Of a stretch of 64,000 nucleotides of DNA, positions 51,581 through 60,614 are shown in pieces; the stretch's first letter is position 1; each line of letters begins with the position of its first letter. This DNA is from an uncultured Chloroflexia bacterium (GTDB lineage Bacteria; Chloroflexota; Limnocylindria; Limnocylindrales; CSP1-4). The position numbers and the translations under genes were made by a program. A model generated the notes under the pieces. The model was given only the letters and a program-made list of their open reading frames with translations. It searched no databases and was not told where the DNA came from. The stretch spans positions 96,001-160,000 of the forward strand of contig CAVYBU010000007.1 in the NCBI GenBank assembly GCA_963766735.1, in the 5' to 3' direction.

Positions 51581-52429
51581 TCAGCCCGCCTCCGGGCCAG
51601 GTCCTCGGACCGCCCCGAGATCCCCTACCAGCTCCTGCACACTGAGCACGGGCGGCAGCCCGCGGCGCCGCGGTAGCGCCATGCCCAGCCTGGTGACCTG
51701 GGGAGCGCGGAGGCCCGCCGCCTCGAGCATGTCGGAACCCGCGAACACGGCCCGTGGCGACCCGTCCCCCACGATCCGGCCAGCAGCCATGACCACGATC
51801 CGGTCGGCAACCGATGCCAGCAGCCGCATGTCGTGGGAGATGCAGACGACCGCGGATCCCTCGGCACTCACGTCGCGCACGATGTCCATGACGACCGAAG
51901 CCATACGATCGTCCTGCCCGGTCGTGGGCTCATCGAGGACAAGCACTCGGGGTTCCATGGCGAGGACCGACGCGATCGCCACTTGCCGGCGGCGCGGCGC
52001 CGGCAGCTCGAAAGGCGACGTCCCGAGGACGTCGTCCAGTCCAAGGCGAGCGGTCACTCGAGCGACGCGGGCCTGAACCTCCGCCGCAGCCAGCCCCAGG
52101 TTCCGCGGCCCGAATTCGAGCTCCTCCCTCACTGTCCTGGCGAAGAGCTGGGAACGCGGGTGCTGGAAGACGAGGCCGATAGTCCGCGCGAGCACGCGCA
52201 CCTCGTGTCGACGCGTGTCGAGACCATCGACCGTGACCGACCCCTCTGCCGGTCGCAGGAGTCCGTTGAGAAGCCGCGCCAACGTGGACTTCCCCGCCCC
52301 GTTGTCGCCCGCGATCCCGACCACCTCACCAGCGGCGATCTCGAGTGAGACGCGATCAACTGCGACCACGCCCCCCGGATACCGGAAGCTCGCCTCCCTC
52401 ACGACGACGACCGGCTGGGCGCCTGTCAC
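51581..52429 (-). CDS. ECF transporter ATPase
   Basis: GDNGAGKS, FQHP, LDEPTTGQD. Confidence 0.92.
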   Translation of the reverse strand: MTGAQPVVVVREASFRYPGGVVAVDRVSLEIAAGEVVGIAGDNGAGKSTLARLLNGLLRPAEGSVTVDGLDTRRHEVRVLARTIGLVFQHPRSQLFARTVREELEFGPRNLGLAAAEVQARVARVTARLGLDDVLGTSPFELPAPRRRQVAIASVLAMEPRVLVLDEPTTGQDDRMASVVMDIVRDVSAEGSAVVCISHDMRLLASVADRIVVMAAGRIVGDGSPRAVFAGSDMLEAAGLRAPQVTRLGMALPRRRGLPPVLSVQELVGDLGAVRGPGPEAG

Positions 52430-53310
52430 GAGTGCGCCGTCAGCCAGCGGATCCCGTCCGCGAGCGAGACGGGCAACTGCATGCCGGTGGTGCCGCCGAG
52501 TGCCGCGGCAACCGCCGTCACGTCCGGCACCCGGACCCCGGCGTCACGCATCGCCGGAATGCCGCCGAGCACCGCCGCAGGGGGTCCATTCGCCACCAGC
52601 CTGCCCTCGTGGAGCACGAGGAGCCGATCGGCACGCTCGGCCAGGAGTTCCACGTCGTGCTCGGCCACGATGATCGCGGTTCCGTCTCGAGCCGCCACCT
52701 CCGCGAGCAGGTCGAAGACCGCTTCGCGCGAGCGCGGGGCGAGTCCTGACATCGGGCCATCAAGGACCAGCACCCGAGGACGGACCACCAGCACGCAGGC
52801 CAGCAGGAGTCGCTGCTGCTCGCCGCCCGACAGGCTCAAGGGCGGCCTGTCCTGCATGCCCTCGAGACCGACGCGGGCGAGAACGTCATCGACGCGGACG
52901 ACCATCTCCGCGTGCGGGACGGCCAGCGACTCCAGGCCCAGGGCAACCTCCTCGCCGACCGTCCCCTGACTGAGCTGGGCGGCGGGCTCATCGAGCACGA
53001 TGCCGACCTGCGAGAGCATCCGGCGGACCGGCGTGCGCACGGCATCCATGCCGCAGACGGTCACGGACCCGGAGACCTCGGCATGCACCAGCTGCGGGAC
53101 GATTCCGTTCAGGCACCGGCACAGCGTCGACTTGCCGGCTCCGTCCATGCCGAGCAGGCCGACGAGCTCACCTCGGCCGAGGTCGAAGCTCACATCCTCG
53201 AGGGCATCCGCCGCGGCCATCGGGTACCGCACGCGGAGACCGCGCACGGAGAGGACGGGCGGGTCCGGACCCTCGCTGCGGGTCGGCCCGGTATCCCGAT
53301 CGGTGATCAC
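52426..53310 (-). CDS. ECF transporter ATPase
   Basis: GMDGAGKS, LSGGEQQR; Walker B reads LVLDGP (E replaced by G). Confidence 0.9.
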   Translation of the reverse strand: MITDRDTGPTRSEGPDPPVLSVRGLRVRYPMAAADALEDVSFDLGRGELVGLLGMDGAGKSTLCRCLNGIVPQLVHAEVSGSVTVCGMDAVRTPVRRMLSQVGIVLDEPAAQLSQGTVGEEVALGLESLAVPHAEMVVRVDDVLARVGLEGMQDRPPLSLSGGEQQRLLLACVLVVRPRVLVLDGPMSGLAPRSREAVFDLLAEVAARDGTAIIVAEHDVELLAERADRLLVLHEGRLVANGPPAAVLGGIPAMRDAGVRVPDVTAVAAALGGTTGMQLPVSLADGIRWLTAHS

Positions 53311-53318
53311 GGCCTCCC

Positions 53319-54011
53319 TCAGGCAGGTGGCTGGATGAGAACCACCGCGATCGCCAGCCCCACGCCAACCAGGATCCCCACCAGGGCCGCCGCCAGGCGA
53401 CGGTTGCCGAGCTGCTCCGGGAGAACTGCCCGCGCGGCCACCGCCGCCGGCAGGGCCGCCGTCATGGCCAGGCCGACATACGCGGAGATGACCTTGTCGG
53501 GGATCGAGGTCATGACGCTGGACACCATCGTCGCCCGCTCCAGCCCGAAGCTCGAGAGGGCCGCGGTGATGAGGTCAGACGGGTGACCGGTGGCTCCCCC
53601 GTACACGAACAGCACGATCGGCGTTGCCAGCACCCCCGTCACGACGCCGACGAACGCGGCCAGCAGGAAGAAGCTGATGCTGTTGCGACCGAGACCCAAC
53701 GACCGGATGCCATAGCCCCAGATGAGCGCAGCCGCGACGTTGACCGGGGCGAACAGCAGGTTCGATGGTCCATTGACCGTGACGCCGACCGCGTTCGTGA
53801 GCACGCCTGCCAGGGCACCCCACCAGGGGCCGAGCAGGACGGCCGCGAGGAACGTGCCGATCGTGTCGAGGTAGATCGGCACGCGAAGCACTCCCGCCAC
53901 CCAGCTCGCCGCGAAGTTGATCGCAACGGCGAGCGGCACCAGGGCGATGATCAGCGAGGTAGCCGGGGCGCGTCGTCCCGCAGCATCAGCCCTCACCACC
54001 ATCTCGCGCAC
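53319..54011 (-). CDS. ECF transporter S component, QrtT-like
   Basis: AIN, PIYLDTIGT.LAAVLLGPWWG, GGATG, DK.ISA pattern recalled from QrtT-type S components. Confidence 0.8.
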   Translation of the reverse strand: MREMVVRADAAGRRAPATSLIIALVPLAVAINFAASWVAGVLRVPIYLDTIGTFLAAVLLGPWWGALAGVLTNAVGVTVNGPSNLLFAPVNVAAALIWGYGIRSLGLGRNSISFFLLAAFVGVVTGVLATPIVLFVYGGATGHPSDLITAALSSFGLERATMVSSVMTSIPDKVISAYVGLAMTAALPAAVAARAVLPEQLGNRRLAAALVGILVGVGLAIAVVLIQPPA

Positions 54012-54187
54012 CCACCTCCGTGTCCGACGGCCGTCGACCGTACCCGAGACACTCTACGGGACGGCCGACACAGCCGCGCGACGGCAGACCTGCGCGGCCC
54101 CAGGTTGTGGTCCGGTGCACCGTGCGCCGCCGTTGGCTACGCTACGTGACCGGAAGCCGACCCCCGCGACCTCTCGGGAGATTCGTC

Positions 54188-55261
54188 ATGAACAAGCGCT
54201 GCGTCCTCCTCGTCGGTACCCCCAAGGGAGCCTTCCTGCTCGAGGCTGACGCCACCCGTCGTGACTGGCGCCTCCGGGGGCCCTTGTGCGAGGGCTGGCC
54301 GATCCACGACATCTCCGTGGAGCCGGACACCAACGCGCTCCTTGCGGGTGGCGGCAGCCCGTGGTGGGGCGCCGCCGTCTGGCGCAGCGAGGACCTGGGC
54401 GCAACCTGGACCCACTCCAGCGAGGGCATCACCTACGGGGACGATGGGCCCAAGGTCACCACGGTCTGGAACGTCACCGCGGCCCACGACGTGGTCTACG
54501 CGGGAGTCGAGCCGGCAGGACTGTTCCGGAGCGCCGACAAGGGGCGGACCTGGTCCCACGTCGAGGGGCTCACCGCCCACCCGTCACGGGCGGAGTGGCA
54601 GGCCGGCGCGGGAGGCCTGATCCTCCACACGATCGTCCCGCACCCGACCGACCCCCAGCGGATGTGGGTGGGGATCTCGGCCGCGGGCGTGTTCGAGACG
54701 CAGGACGGCGGCACAACCTGGCAGACGCGCAACCGGGGTGTGCGCGCCGACTTCCACCCTGAGAAGTACCCGGAGTTCGGCCAGTGCGTGCACAAGCTGG
54801 TTCTCGCCTCGGGCGGGTCCGAGAGCCTGTACCAGCAGAACCATTGCGGCGTCTACCGCACCGGTGATGGAGGCCGCTCATGGGTCGAGATCACCGAAGG
54901 ACTGCCCTCACAGTTCGGGTTCGCCATGGCCGCCCACCCGCGCGACCCACAGACCGCCTGGACGATCCCGCTGACCGAGCCCGAGGCAGGCCGGCTGATG
55001 CCCGGCGGCAGCGCCGCGGTCTGGAGGACTCACGACGCGGGTGCAACCTGGATCCGTGCGGGAGACGGCCTGCCGCAGGCGGACGCCCACGTTGGGGTGC
55101 TGCGCGAGGCGATGGCTGTGGACCGGCTCGACCCGGTGGGAGTCTACTTCGGCACCAGCACCGGACAGGTCTACGCCAGCGCCGACGAGGGCCGATCGTG
55201 GTCCAGGATTGCCGACAACCTGCCTGCGATCTGGTCAGTTGAGGCCCTGGTTCTTGGCTGA
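54188..55261 (+). CDS. BNR/Asp-box beta-propeller protein
   Basis: VGTPKG; repeated S.D.G.TW boxes; GQCVHK and QQNHCG. Confidence 0.88.
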   Translation: MNKRCVLLVGTPKGAFLLEADATRRDWRLRGPLCEGWPIHDISVEPDTNALLAGGGSPWWGAAVWRSEDLGATWTHSSEGITYGDDGPKVTTVWNVTAAHDVVYAGVEPAGLFRSADKGRTWSHVEGLTAHPSRAEWQAGAGGLILHTIVPHPTDPQRMWVGISAAGVFETQDGGTTWQTRNRGVRADFHPEKYPEFGQCVHKLVLASGGSESLYQQNHCGVYRTGDGGRSWVEITEGLPSQFGFAMAAHPRDPQTAWTIPLTEPEAGRLMPGGSAAVWRTHDAGATWIRAGDGLPQADAHVGVLREAMAVDRLDPVGVYFGTSTGQVYASADEGRSWSRIADNLPAIWSVEALVLG

Positions 55262-55538
55262 CCAGGGCAACCGGCTGACCGTCGTTCACCTGCCTCGATC
55301 CCTGGTCGCCCTGTTCCCGGACTGCCCGCGGCAGATCCAGGCCACGGGGGCGACGCTCGAGGATGTGATCCGCGATATCGACCGGCAGGTTCCCGGGCTC
55401 GCAAACCGCATCCTCGATGCCGGGCCAAGCCTCCGCCGCCACCTGAACGTCTACGTGGCGGGCGAACGGGCCTCGCTCCAGACGCCCGTGCCCGCGGGCG
55501 CGGGCATCCATGTCATCCCCGCGGTGTCGGGCGGCTGA
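55254..55538 (+). CDS. MoaD/ThiS ubiquitin-like protein
   Basis: TTG overlapping the upstream stop; RRHLNVYV; C-terminal PAVSGG. Confidence 0.85.
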   Translation: MADQGNRLTVVHLPRSLVALFPDCPRQIQATGATLEDVIRDIDRQVPGLANRILDAGPSLRRHLNVYVAGERASLQTPVPAGAGIHVIPAVSGG

Positions 55539-55592
55539 TCGGGCACCGCCCGCTCGGCAGGTGCCTGGCGGGTCCGCCCGGCAATGGCGGCG

Positions 55593-56285
55593 TCAGCGGG
55601 ATCCCCGTCCGCGGTCACCTGAGAGCAGGCCGGCAGCCGCGTCCACCGACGCACGCTGGGCGTCGGTCTGGAGATGGCCGCGGTCGTGGCTCGAGGCGTG
55701 GGCGTAGCCCTCCAGGAGGTCGCGGAGATCGCGGATCCGTTCCAGCTGGCGCGTCTCGATGTCGCCCCATTCGCCCGTGACCGGGCGGCACGCGAGCAGG
55801 CCCAGGAGGTGTTCGAGGCAGAACGGGGCGCCCGAGACCGCAGCCGCCCAGTCCGGGTCCGCCACCAGCCGTGCAAGGCCGTCCAGAAGGCCGGCCCTGA
55901 ACTTCGCCAGCCGGACGCAGGCGGGACAGGCCGGGGGCCTGATCGCCTCCGCCAGGCGCTTCGTCCGATTCCAGCCACGGGCGACATGGACTGCGTCGAG
56001 GTCACGCAACCTCGTCAACAGGGTCGCCCTCAGCAGGATCGCCGCCCCCAGGCTTCCCGACAGGCGCCGGTCGGCATCCAGCACGGCCTGCGAGTGCCGG
56101 CCGCAGAAGCCCCGTGCCGCGTCCAGGTTCCCACGGAACCCGACGTCGTTCACGCTTTCCGAGAGGATCGAATCCAGGTAGGCGGCCTCTGTCCGGTCCA
56201 GCTCCCGGCAGACCGGACAGCCCGGGGCCTCGAAGGCGTCGGCGAGGTGGATGTCGGCGGTGGAGCGCGCGTGGGGTCGGGCCAT
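55593..56285 (-). CDS. Cys/His-rich protein (DUF6062-like)
   Basis: GGAGG RBS; duplicated CPxC...FCxxH units. Confidence 0.8.
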   Translation of the reverse strand: MARPHARSTADIHLADAFEAPGCPVCRELDRTEAAYLDSILSESVNDVGFRGNLDAARGFCGRHSQAVLDADRRLSGSLGAAILLRATLLTRLRDLDAVHVARGWNRTKRLAEAIRPPACPACVRLAKFRAGLLDGLARLVADPDWAAAVSGAPFCLEHLLGLLACRPVTGEWGDIETRQLERIRDLRDLLEGYAHASSHDRGHLQTDAQRASVDAAAGLLSGDRGRGSR

Positions 56286-56422
56286 ACCTCCATGGTCGCC
56301 GGTTCCGCGATCGGCTGCCGGACGACCGCGACCTGGCGGGTGGAGCGGAACAGGAATCCCGCGCCGGAGGGGCGTGCGGAAGTGGCTGCGGCAGGGGTTG
56401 CGGCGGGGTTCATAATGGAGCC

Positions 56423-56768
56423 CTCTCGTCCTTCCCCCGCGGAGGGCGTCCCGGAAGGTAGCCGGTGTTGGCGATGCGAACGGCCAGTAGGCTCGGCTTG
56501 CGACGACGCGAAGGGTCGCGTCGGCTTACCGCGAGCGAAGACGCATCGCGCGGTGCCTCGAACCCGGTGACACGTCCCCGTGCGGGCAACCTCTCGGATG
56601 AAACTCGCGCCGGCAGTTCCGGGCGGTCGGGGGCATGAGCCCGACCGCCGCGAACCGAGGCCGGTCGTTCGCCCGGCCTCGTCAGGAATGACAGCCGGGC
56701 CGTCGTCCGAGGGGGCGACGGCCCTCGCACACCCGCGGCAACACCGGGGTCAGGAGATCCCCGGAGAC
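56423..56768 (+). ncRNA. Candidate large structured RNA, family not recognised
   Basis: Six nested 8-12 bp helices including a long-range closing stem; CATAAT at 56411; no credible CDS (see findings). Confidence 0.65.
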
Positions 56769-56799
56769 CAGCGGACCAGGCGCTAGACTCGGTCTGGCC

Positions 56800-57666
56800 A
56801 TGACCGTTGAACCCGGATCCAACGATACGCATGACGTGCGCCCGGCCACACCCGCCGAGGCAGCCGACGTGCGGGGTATGCACGAGGCGAACCGGACGGC
56901 CTGGAACGAGGCCGCGGAACGGTATGAGGGCTGGTTCGATGAGTCGGTCGCGCAGATCCGCAGCGGCGGCTCGAACCTCTTTCCGGTTGAGCACGCGCTG
57001 ATCGGCGACCTGCGCGGGCAATGCCAGCGGGCCATCCACCTCCAGTGTGCCGGGGGCCGCGACACGCTCTCACTGTGGAACCTTGGCGCGGACGAGGTGG
57101 TAGGCGTTGACTTCAGCCCCCGGATGCTGGACCTCGCCCGCCGGCTAGCCGAGGCGACCGGCGCGCCCGCCCACTGGGTCGAGGCGGACGTGCTCGACGT
57201 CCCGCACGAGCTGGACGGGACCGCGGACCTGCTGTACACCGGTCGCGGATCGCTGATCTGGCTCCAGGACCTCGACGCATGGGCCGGGGTGCTGCGCCGG
57301 CTCCTGGCCCCCCACGGCCGCCTCGTGATCTTCGAGGGCCATCCAGCCGAGTGGCTGTTCGACGCCGACGAGAACGGCAGCTGGATGCTCACCGACTACG
57401 ACTACTTCGGCGGGCCGGAGGCCTCGCGCGGCTGGGCTCCCGCGTACATCGACAGGCTCTCGATCCCCGACGAGGCGCAGCACTGGAAGTTCGCCCGGGC
57501 GTGGACGCTGGGCGAGGTCGTCACGGCGCTCCTGCGTTCGGGTCTCCAGATCAGCGAGGTGGCAGAGCACCCGGTCGACTGGTGGGCCGGCCACCGCGAC
57601 GTGCGCCCCGAGCTGCGGGGGCGGGTCCCGCTCTCCTTCTCCGTGACGGCGACGCGCGGCGCCTGA
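56800..57666 (+). CDS. Class I SAM-dependent methyltransferase
   Basis: NRTAWNE, IHLQC..GRDTLSL, GVDFS, DLLYT.RG...WL.DL, EGHP. Confidence 0.9.
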   Translation: MTVEPGSNDTHDVRPATPAEAADVRGMHEANRTAWNEAAERYEGWFDESVAQIRSGGSNLFPVEHALIGDLRGQCQRAIHLQCAGGRDTLSLWNLGADEVVGVDFSPRMLDLARRLAEATGAPAHWVEADVLDVPHELDGTADLLYTGRGSLIWLQDLDAWAGVLRRLLAPHGRLVIFEGHPAEWLFDADENGSWMLTDYDYFGGPEASRGWAPAYIDRLSIPDEAQHWKFARAWTLGEVVTALLRSGLQISEVAEHPVDWWAGHRDVRPELRGRVPLSFSVTATRGA

Positions 57667-57768
57667 CCCAGCGCGGCGTCCCTCAGCCAGCGCTCGCCCC
57701 ACGCCTGGATGCGATGGCGCCCGAGGCAGGGCGTTGACGCCGGCCGCCGCACGCGCGAGGATCAGCCC

Positions 57769-57981
57769 GTGGACGAGACCGGCCCGCCCGAAGACGACGA
57801 CCCGCTGGAGTTTCTCGACGCGCGCGAGGCCGCTCGGGACCGTCGGCGCGACCACGACCTGCACGCAGAGGGGCGCGACCTGATGCGCCCGGGTACGAGC
57901 AAGGTGTTCAAGCAGATCCTGGACCACCAGGCCCGAGAGGCCAACGAGCCTCGTCACAGGGGACGTCGCCCGCGGAGTTGA
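57769..57981 (+). CDS. Small hypothetical protein (70 aa)
   Basis: GAGGA RBS before GTG; host-like codons. Confidence 0.6.
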   Translation: MDETGPPEDDDPLEFLDAREAARDRRRDHDLHAEGRDLMRPGTSKVFKQILDHQAREANEPRHRGRRPRS

Positions 57982-58051
57982 CGACGTGCACTGCGCCGGA
58001 TCCCGAGCGTCGGAACACGGATCAGGCAGGGACGCGTCGCCCCAGCCCTGT

Positions 58052-58393
58052 TCAGCGGGATCCGATGCCGAGGAACCCCCCGCCTTCGTCGCGCAGCATC
58101 CGCCGCACCGCCAGGACGGAACCCGGGTCGATCGGGCCGTAGACGTGCGGATACCGCCGACCCGGATCGTCGAACCGCCACGGGCTGCCCGTTCGCTCGA
58201 GATCCAGGGTCAGCAGCAGGAACGAACGCGGGTCGTCACGGTAGAACCGGTTGGCGACCGCGATCATCTCGTCGTCGCCGTCCGTGCAGTGGACGAATCC
58301 ATCCTCCCGGTAGGCGGCAGGGAGGTACCCCAACATCGGGTCGTGCTCCTCCCAGACCGCCTCCGGTACGAGGTGCAGGGTTGGCCTGGTCAC
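58052..58393 (-). CDS. DUF952 family protein
   Basis: EDGFVHCT, VANRFY, YPHVYGPI. Confidence 0.9.
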   Translation of the reverse strand: MTRPTLHLVPEAVWEEHDPMLGYLPAAYREDGFVHCTDGDDEMIAVANRFYRDDPRSFLLLTLDLERTGSPWRFDDPGRRYPHVYGPIDPGSVLAVRRMLRDEGGGFLGIGSR

Positions 58394-60528
58394 GCGGGTT
58401 CGACCGTCGGCGGCTGGTCCAGGCCCACCCACCGTCGGTCAAGCGCCAACTGGATGACCGTGGGACCGGACGCCGCCATGGCCGTCCGCAGCGCGGGTTC
58501 GAACGCAGCGTCCGTCTCCACGCGGACGCCTCGTGCGCCGCAGGCACGGGCGGCGGCGGCAAAGTCCACGGGACCGAGATCCGTCCCGGGCGCCGTGGGG
58601 CTGCCGGCCAGGTCCTGGTGGGTGCGGATCTCCCCGTAGCGCTCGTTGTCGAAGACGATCGCCACGACGTGGGCGCTTTCGCGGACCGCGGTTTCGACCT
58701 CCGCCAGGGTCATGCCCATGCCGCCATCGCCCATGAGCGCCACCACCCGACGCTCGCGATGCACGAGCGCCGCCGCCAGCGCGGCGGGGAACGCGTATCC
58801 CATGGCGCCCGAGGTTGGCCCCAGGAACGTGCCGGGCCTCCGGAACCGGAACCCCCTGGCCGCCCAGGCGGCGAACGCACCGGCGTCGGTGGTCAGGATC
58901 GCGTCCTCGGGAAGGAGTCGCTGGAGGTCGGCGATGATCTGCCCTGGATGGACGCCGGGTCCCGACCACGGGTCTGCATCCACGACGGTGGACGCCTCCC
59001 AGGCCTCGCGATCCTCGGCGTTGTTGCGGTCTCTCGCGGCCAGCGGCTCTGCGGCAAGGACGCCGTCCTTGAGCCGGGCCACGGCGGCACGGAGGAACGA
59101 GCGGGCATCTGCCCGGATCGCCAGGACGGGATCGGATGTCACTCCCAGGGCCCCGGCCCGGGGCTCCAGGTCCACATGCATCCACGGCTGGCCCGCCGTC
59201 GGAATGGCGTACTCGTAGCTCGTCGGTTCGCTGAGTCGCGCGCCGAGCACGAGGATGGCGTCCGCGGCCTCCAGGCGGGTGCGAACCGTGTCAGGGCTGC
59301 CGTAGCCGGTCATGCCCAGGTACAGGGAATGGTCGTTGGGAATCACGTCCCCTCGCCGCCAGCTCGCGACGACCGGCACGTGGAGGAGCTCGGCGAAGCG
59401 GACGAGATCGTTGGAGCAGCGCGCCCGAAGAACGCCTGCCCCGGCGATGATGACCGGCCGCTCGGCCGCCGCCAGGAAGTGAAGGACCGCGCGGATGTCG
59501 GACGCGGACGGTGCCTCGGGGTGGGAGCGGATGATCGGGACGCGCGTTCCCTCCGGGATCGGCAGCGACAGGACGTCCTCGGGCAGGGCGAGGAGGGCGG
59601 GCCCGGGGCGCCCCTCCAGCACGGCTCGCACAGCGTCCTCGAGGACTGTCGCAGCGGACTCCGGATCGTCGATCTCACCGGCCCACTTCGCGAGGCTGCC
59701 GATGGTGTTGACGAGATCCGCCTCCTGGAATGCCTCCCGACCACGAAGCCGGCCCTCCACCTGGCCCACCAGGGCGAACATGGGCGAGGAATCCGCCATG
59801 GCGGTATGGATGCCGATCGCGAGGTTGGCAGCCCCGACGATGCGCGTTCCCAGACAGGCTGCCGGCCGACCGGTCAGCTGGCCGTAGGCCTCCGCGGCAA
59901 AGGCCGCAGCCCCCTCGTGGCGGGTCGCGACGATCCGGATGCCGGCGGCCTCGAGGGCATCGAGCACCGGAAGGAAGCTCTCGCCGGGAACGGTGAACGC
60001 GAGGCGCACGCCGGCCCCGCGCAGCGTGGCTGCGATCAGTTCTGCGACGGTGCGTGGCGCAGCTGGCTCCGGCTCCGGGCTGGGCTCGGGCTCAGGCTCG
60101 ACCACCTGCGCGACGGCCTCGGGCTCGGCCTCCGCTGGTTTGGGCTCGACCGGCTCGGGCTCGACAGCCTCCTGCGGCTCGACCTGCTGGGACTCAGGCT
60201 CCGTGGCTTCGTTCGGCTCGACAGCCTCCTGCGGCTCGACCTGCTGGGACTCAGGCTCCGTGGCTTCGTTCGGCTCGGTCAGCTGCGCGTCCGGCCGTGG
60301 CTCGGTGGCGGGCAGTTCGGGTTCGGCCGCTGGCAGCTCGGGTTCGGCGGCGGGCAGCTCGGGTTCGGCGGCGGGCACGACGGCTTCCTGCAGCTCGACG
60401 GCCTCCTCGGGCTTGCCCTGCTCAGGCTCGGCCGCGGCAGCCTCGGCCGCTTCGATGGGCTGCTGCCCTGCATCCGCAGCGTCGGGGACGTCCTGAGCAA
60501 CGGGCTCCTGGTCCGGGTGGGGGTGCAT
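58390..60528 (-). CDS. TPP-dependent acetolactate-synthase-like enzyme with acidic N-terminal extension
   Basis: VPGESFL, RHEGAA, FQE, SGAMGY, GDGG, FDNERYG. Confidence 0.9.
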   Translation of the reverse strand: MHPHPDQEPVAQDVPDAADAGQQPIEAAEAAAAEPEQGKPEEAVELQEAVVPAAEPELPAAEPELPAAEPELPATEPRPDAQLTEPNEATEPESQQVEPQEAVEPNEATEPESQQVEPQEAVEPEPVEPKPAEAEPEAVAQVVEPEPEPSPEPEPAAPRTVAELIAATLRGAGVRLAFTVPGESFLPVLDALEAAGIRIVATRHEGAAAFAAEAYGQLTGRPAACLGTRIVGAANLAIGIHTAMADSSPMFALVGQVEGRLRGREAFQEADLVNTIGSLAKWAGEIDDPESAATVLEDAVRAVLEGRPGPALLALPEDVLSLPIPEGTRVPIIRSHPEAPSASDIRAVLHFLAAAERPVIIAGAGVLRARCSNDLVRFAELLHVPVVASWRRGDVIPNDHSLYLGMTGYGSPDTVRTRLEAADAILVLGARLSEPTSYEYAIPTAGQPWMHVDLEPRAGALGVTSDPVLAIRADARSFLRAAVARLKDGVLAAEPLAARDRNNAEDREAWEASTVVDADPWSGPGVHPGQIIADLQRLLPEDAILTTDAGAFAAWAARGFRFRRPGTFLGPTSGAMGYAFPAALAAALVHRERRVVALMGDGGMGMTLAEVETAVRESAHVVAIVFDNERYGEIRTHQDLAGSPTAPGTDLGPVDFAAAARACGARGVRVETDAAFEPALRTAMAASGPTVIQLALDRRWVGLDQPPTVEPA
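60158..60277. repeat. Perfect 57-bp tandem duplication inside the CDS
   Basis: 60158-60214 equals 60215-60271; encodes EPNEATEPESQQVEPQEAV twice. Confidence 0.95.
60298..60378. repeat. 21-bp tandem repeat, about 4 copies
   Basis: Encodes PAAEPEL x3 plus PATEP. Confidence 0.85.
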
Positions 60529-60614
60529 CGCGGCCTCCTGTGGCCGGCTCGGGCGGCGGTCCGCCCGGGGCCGGGGCGTGCGGGACTGGTGGACCTCGGG
60601 GTGTGCGACCTGAC

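Noticed and set aside
56423-56768. RNase P, tmRNA, SRP or T-box identity for the structured RNA
   Set aside because: No GAGGAAAGUCC/AACCCGGCUUA pair, no tRNA-like ends or tag ORF, no intact SRP domain IV loop, no UGGNACC bulge; only short partial resemblances.
60158-60378. Tandem repeats as a CRISPR array
   Set aside because: No unique spacers, unit lengths are multiples of three inside a CDS, and no cas genes.
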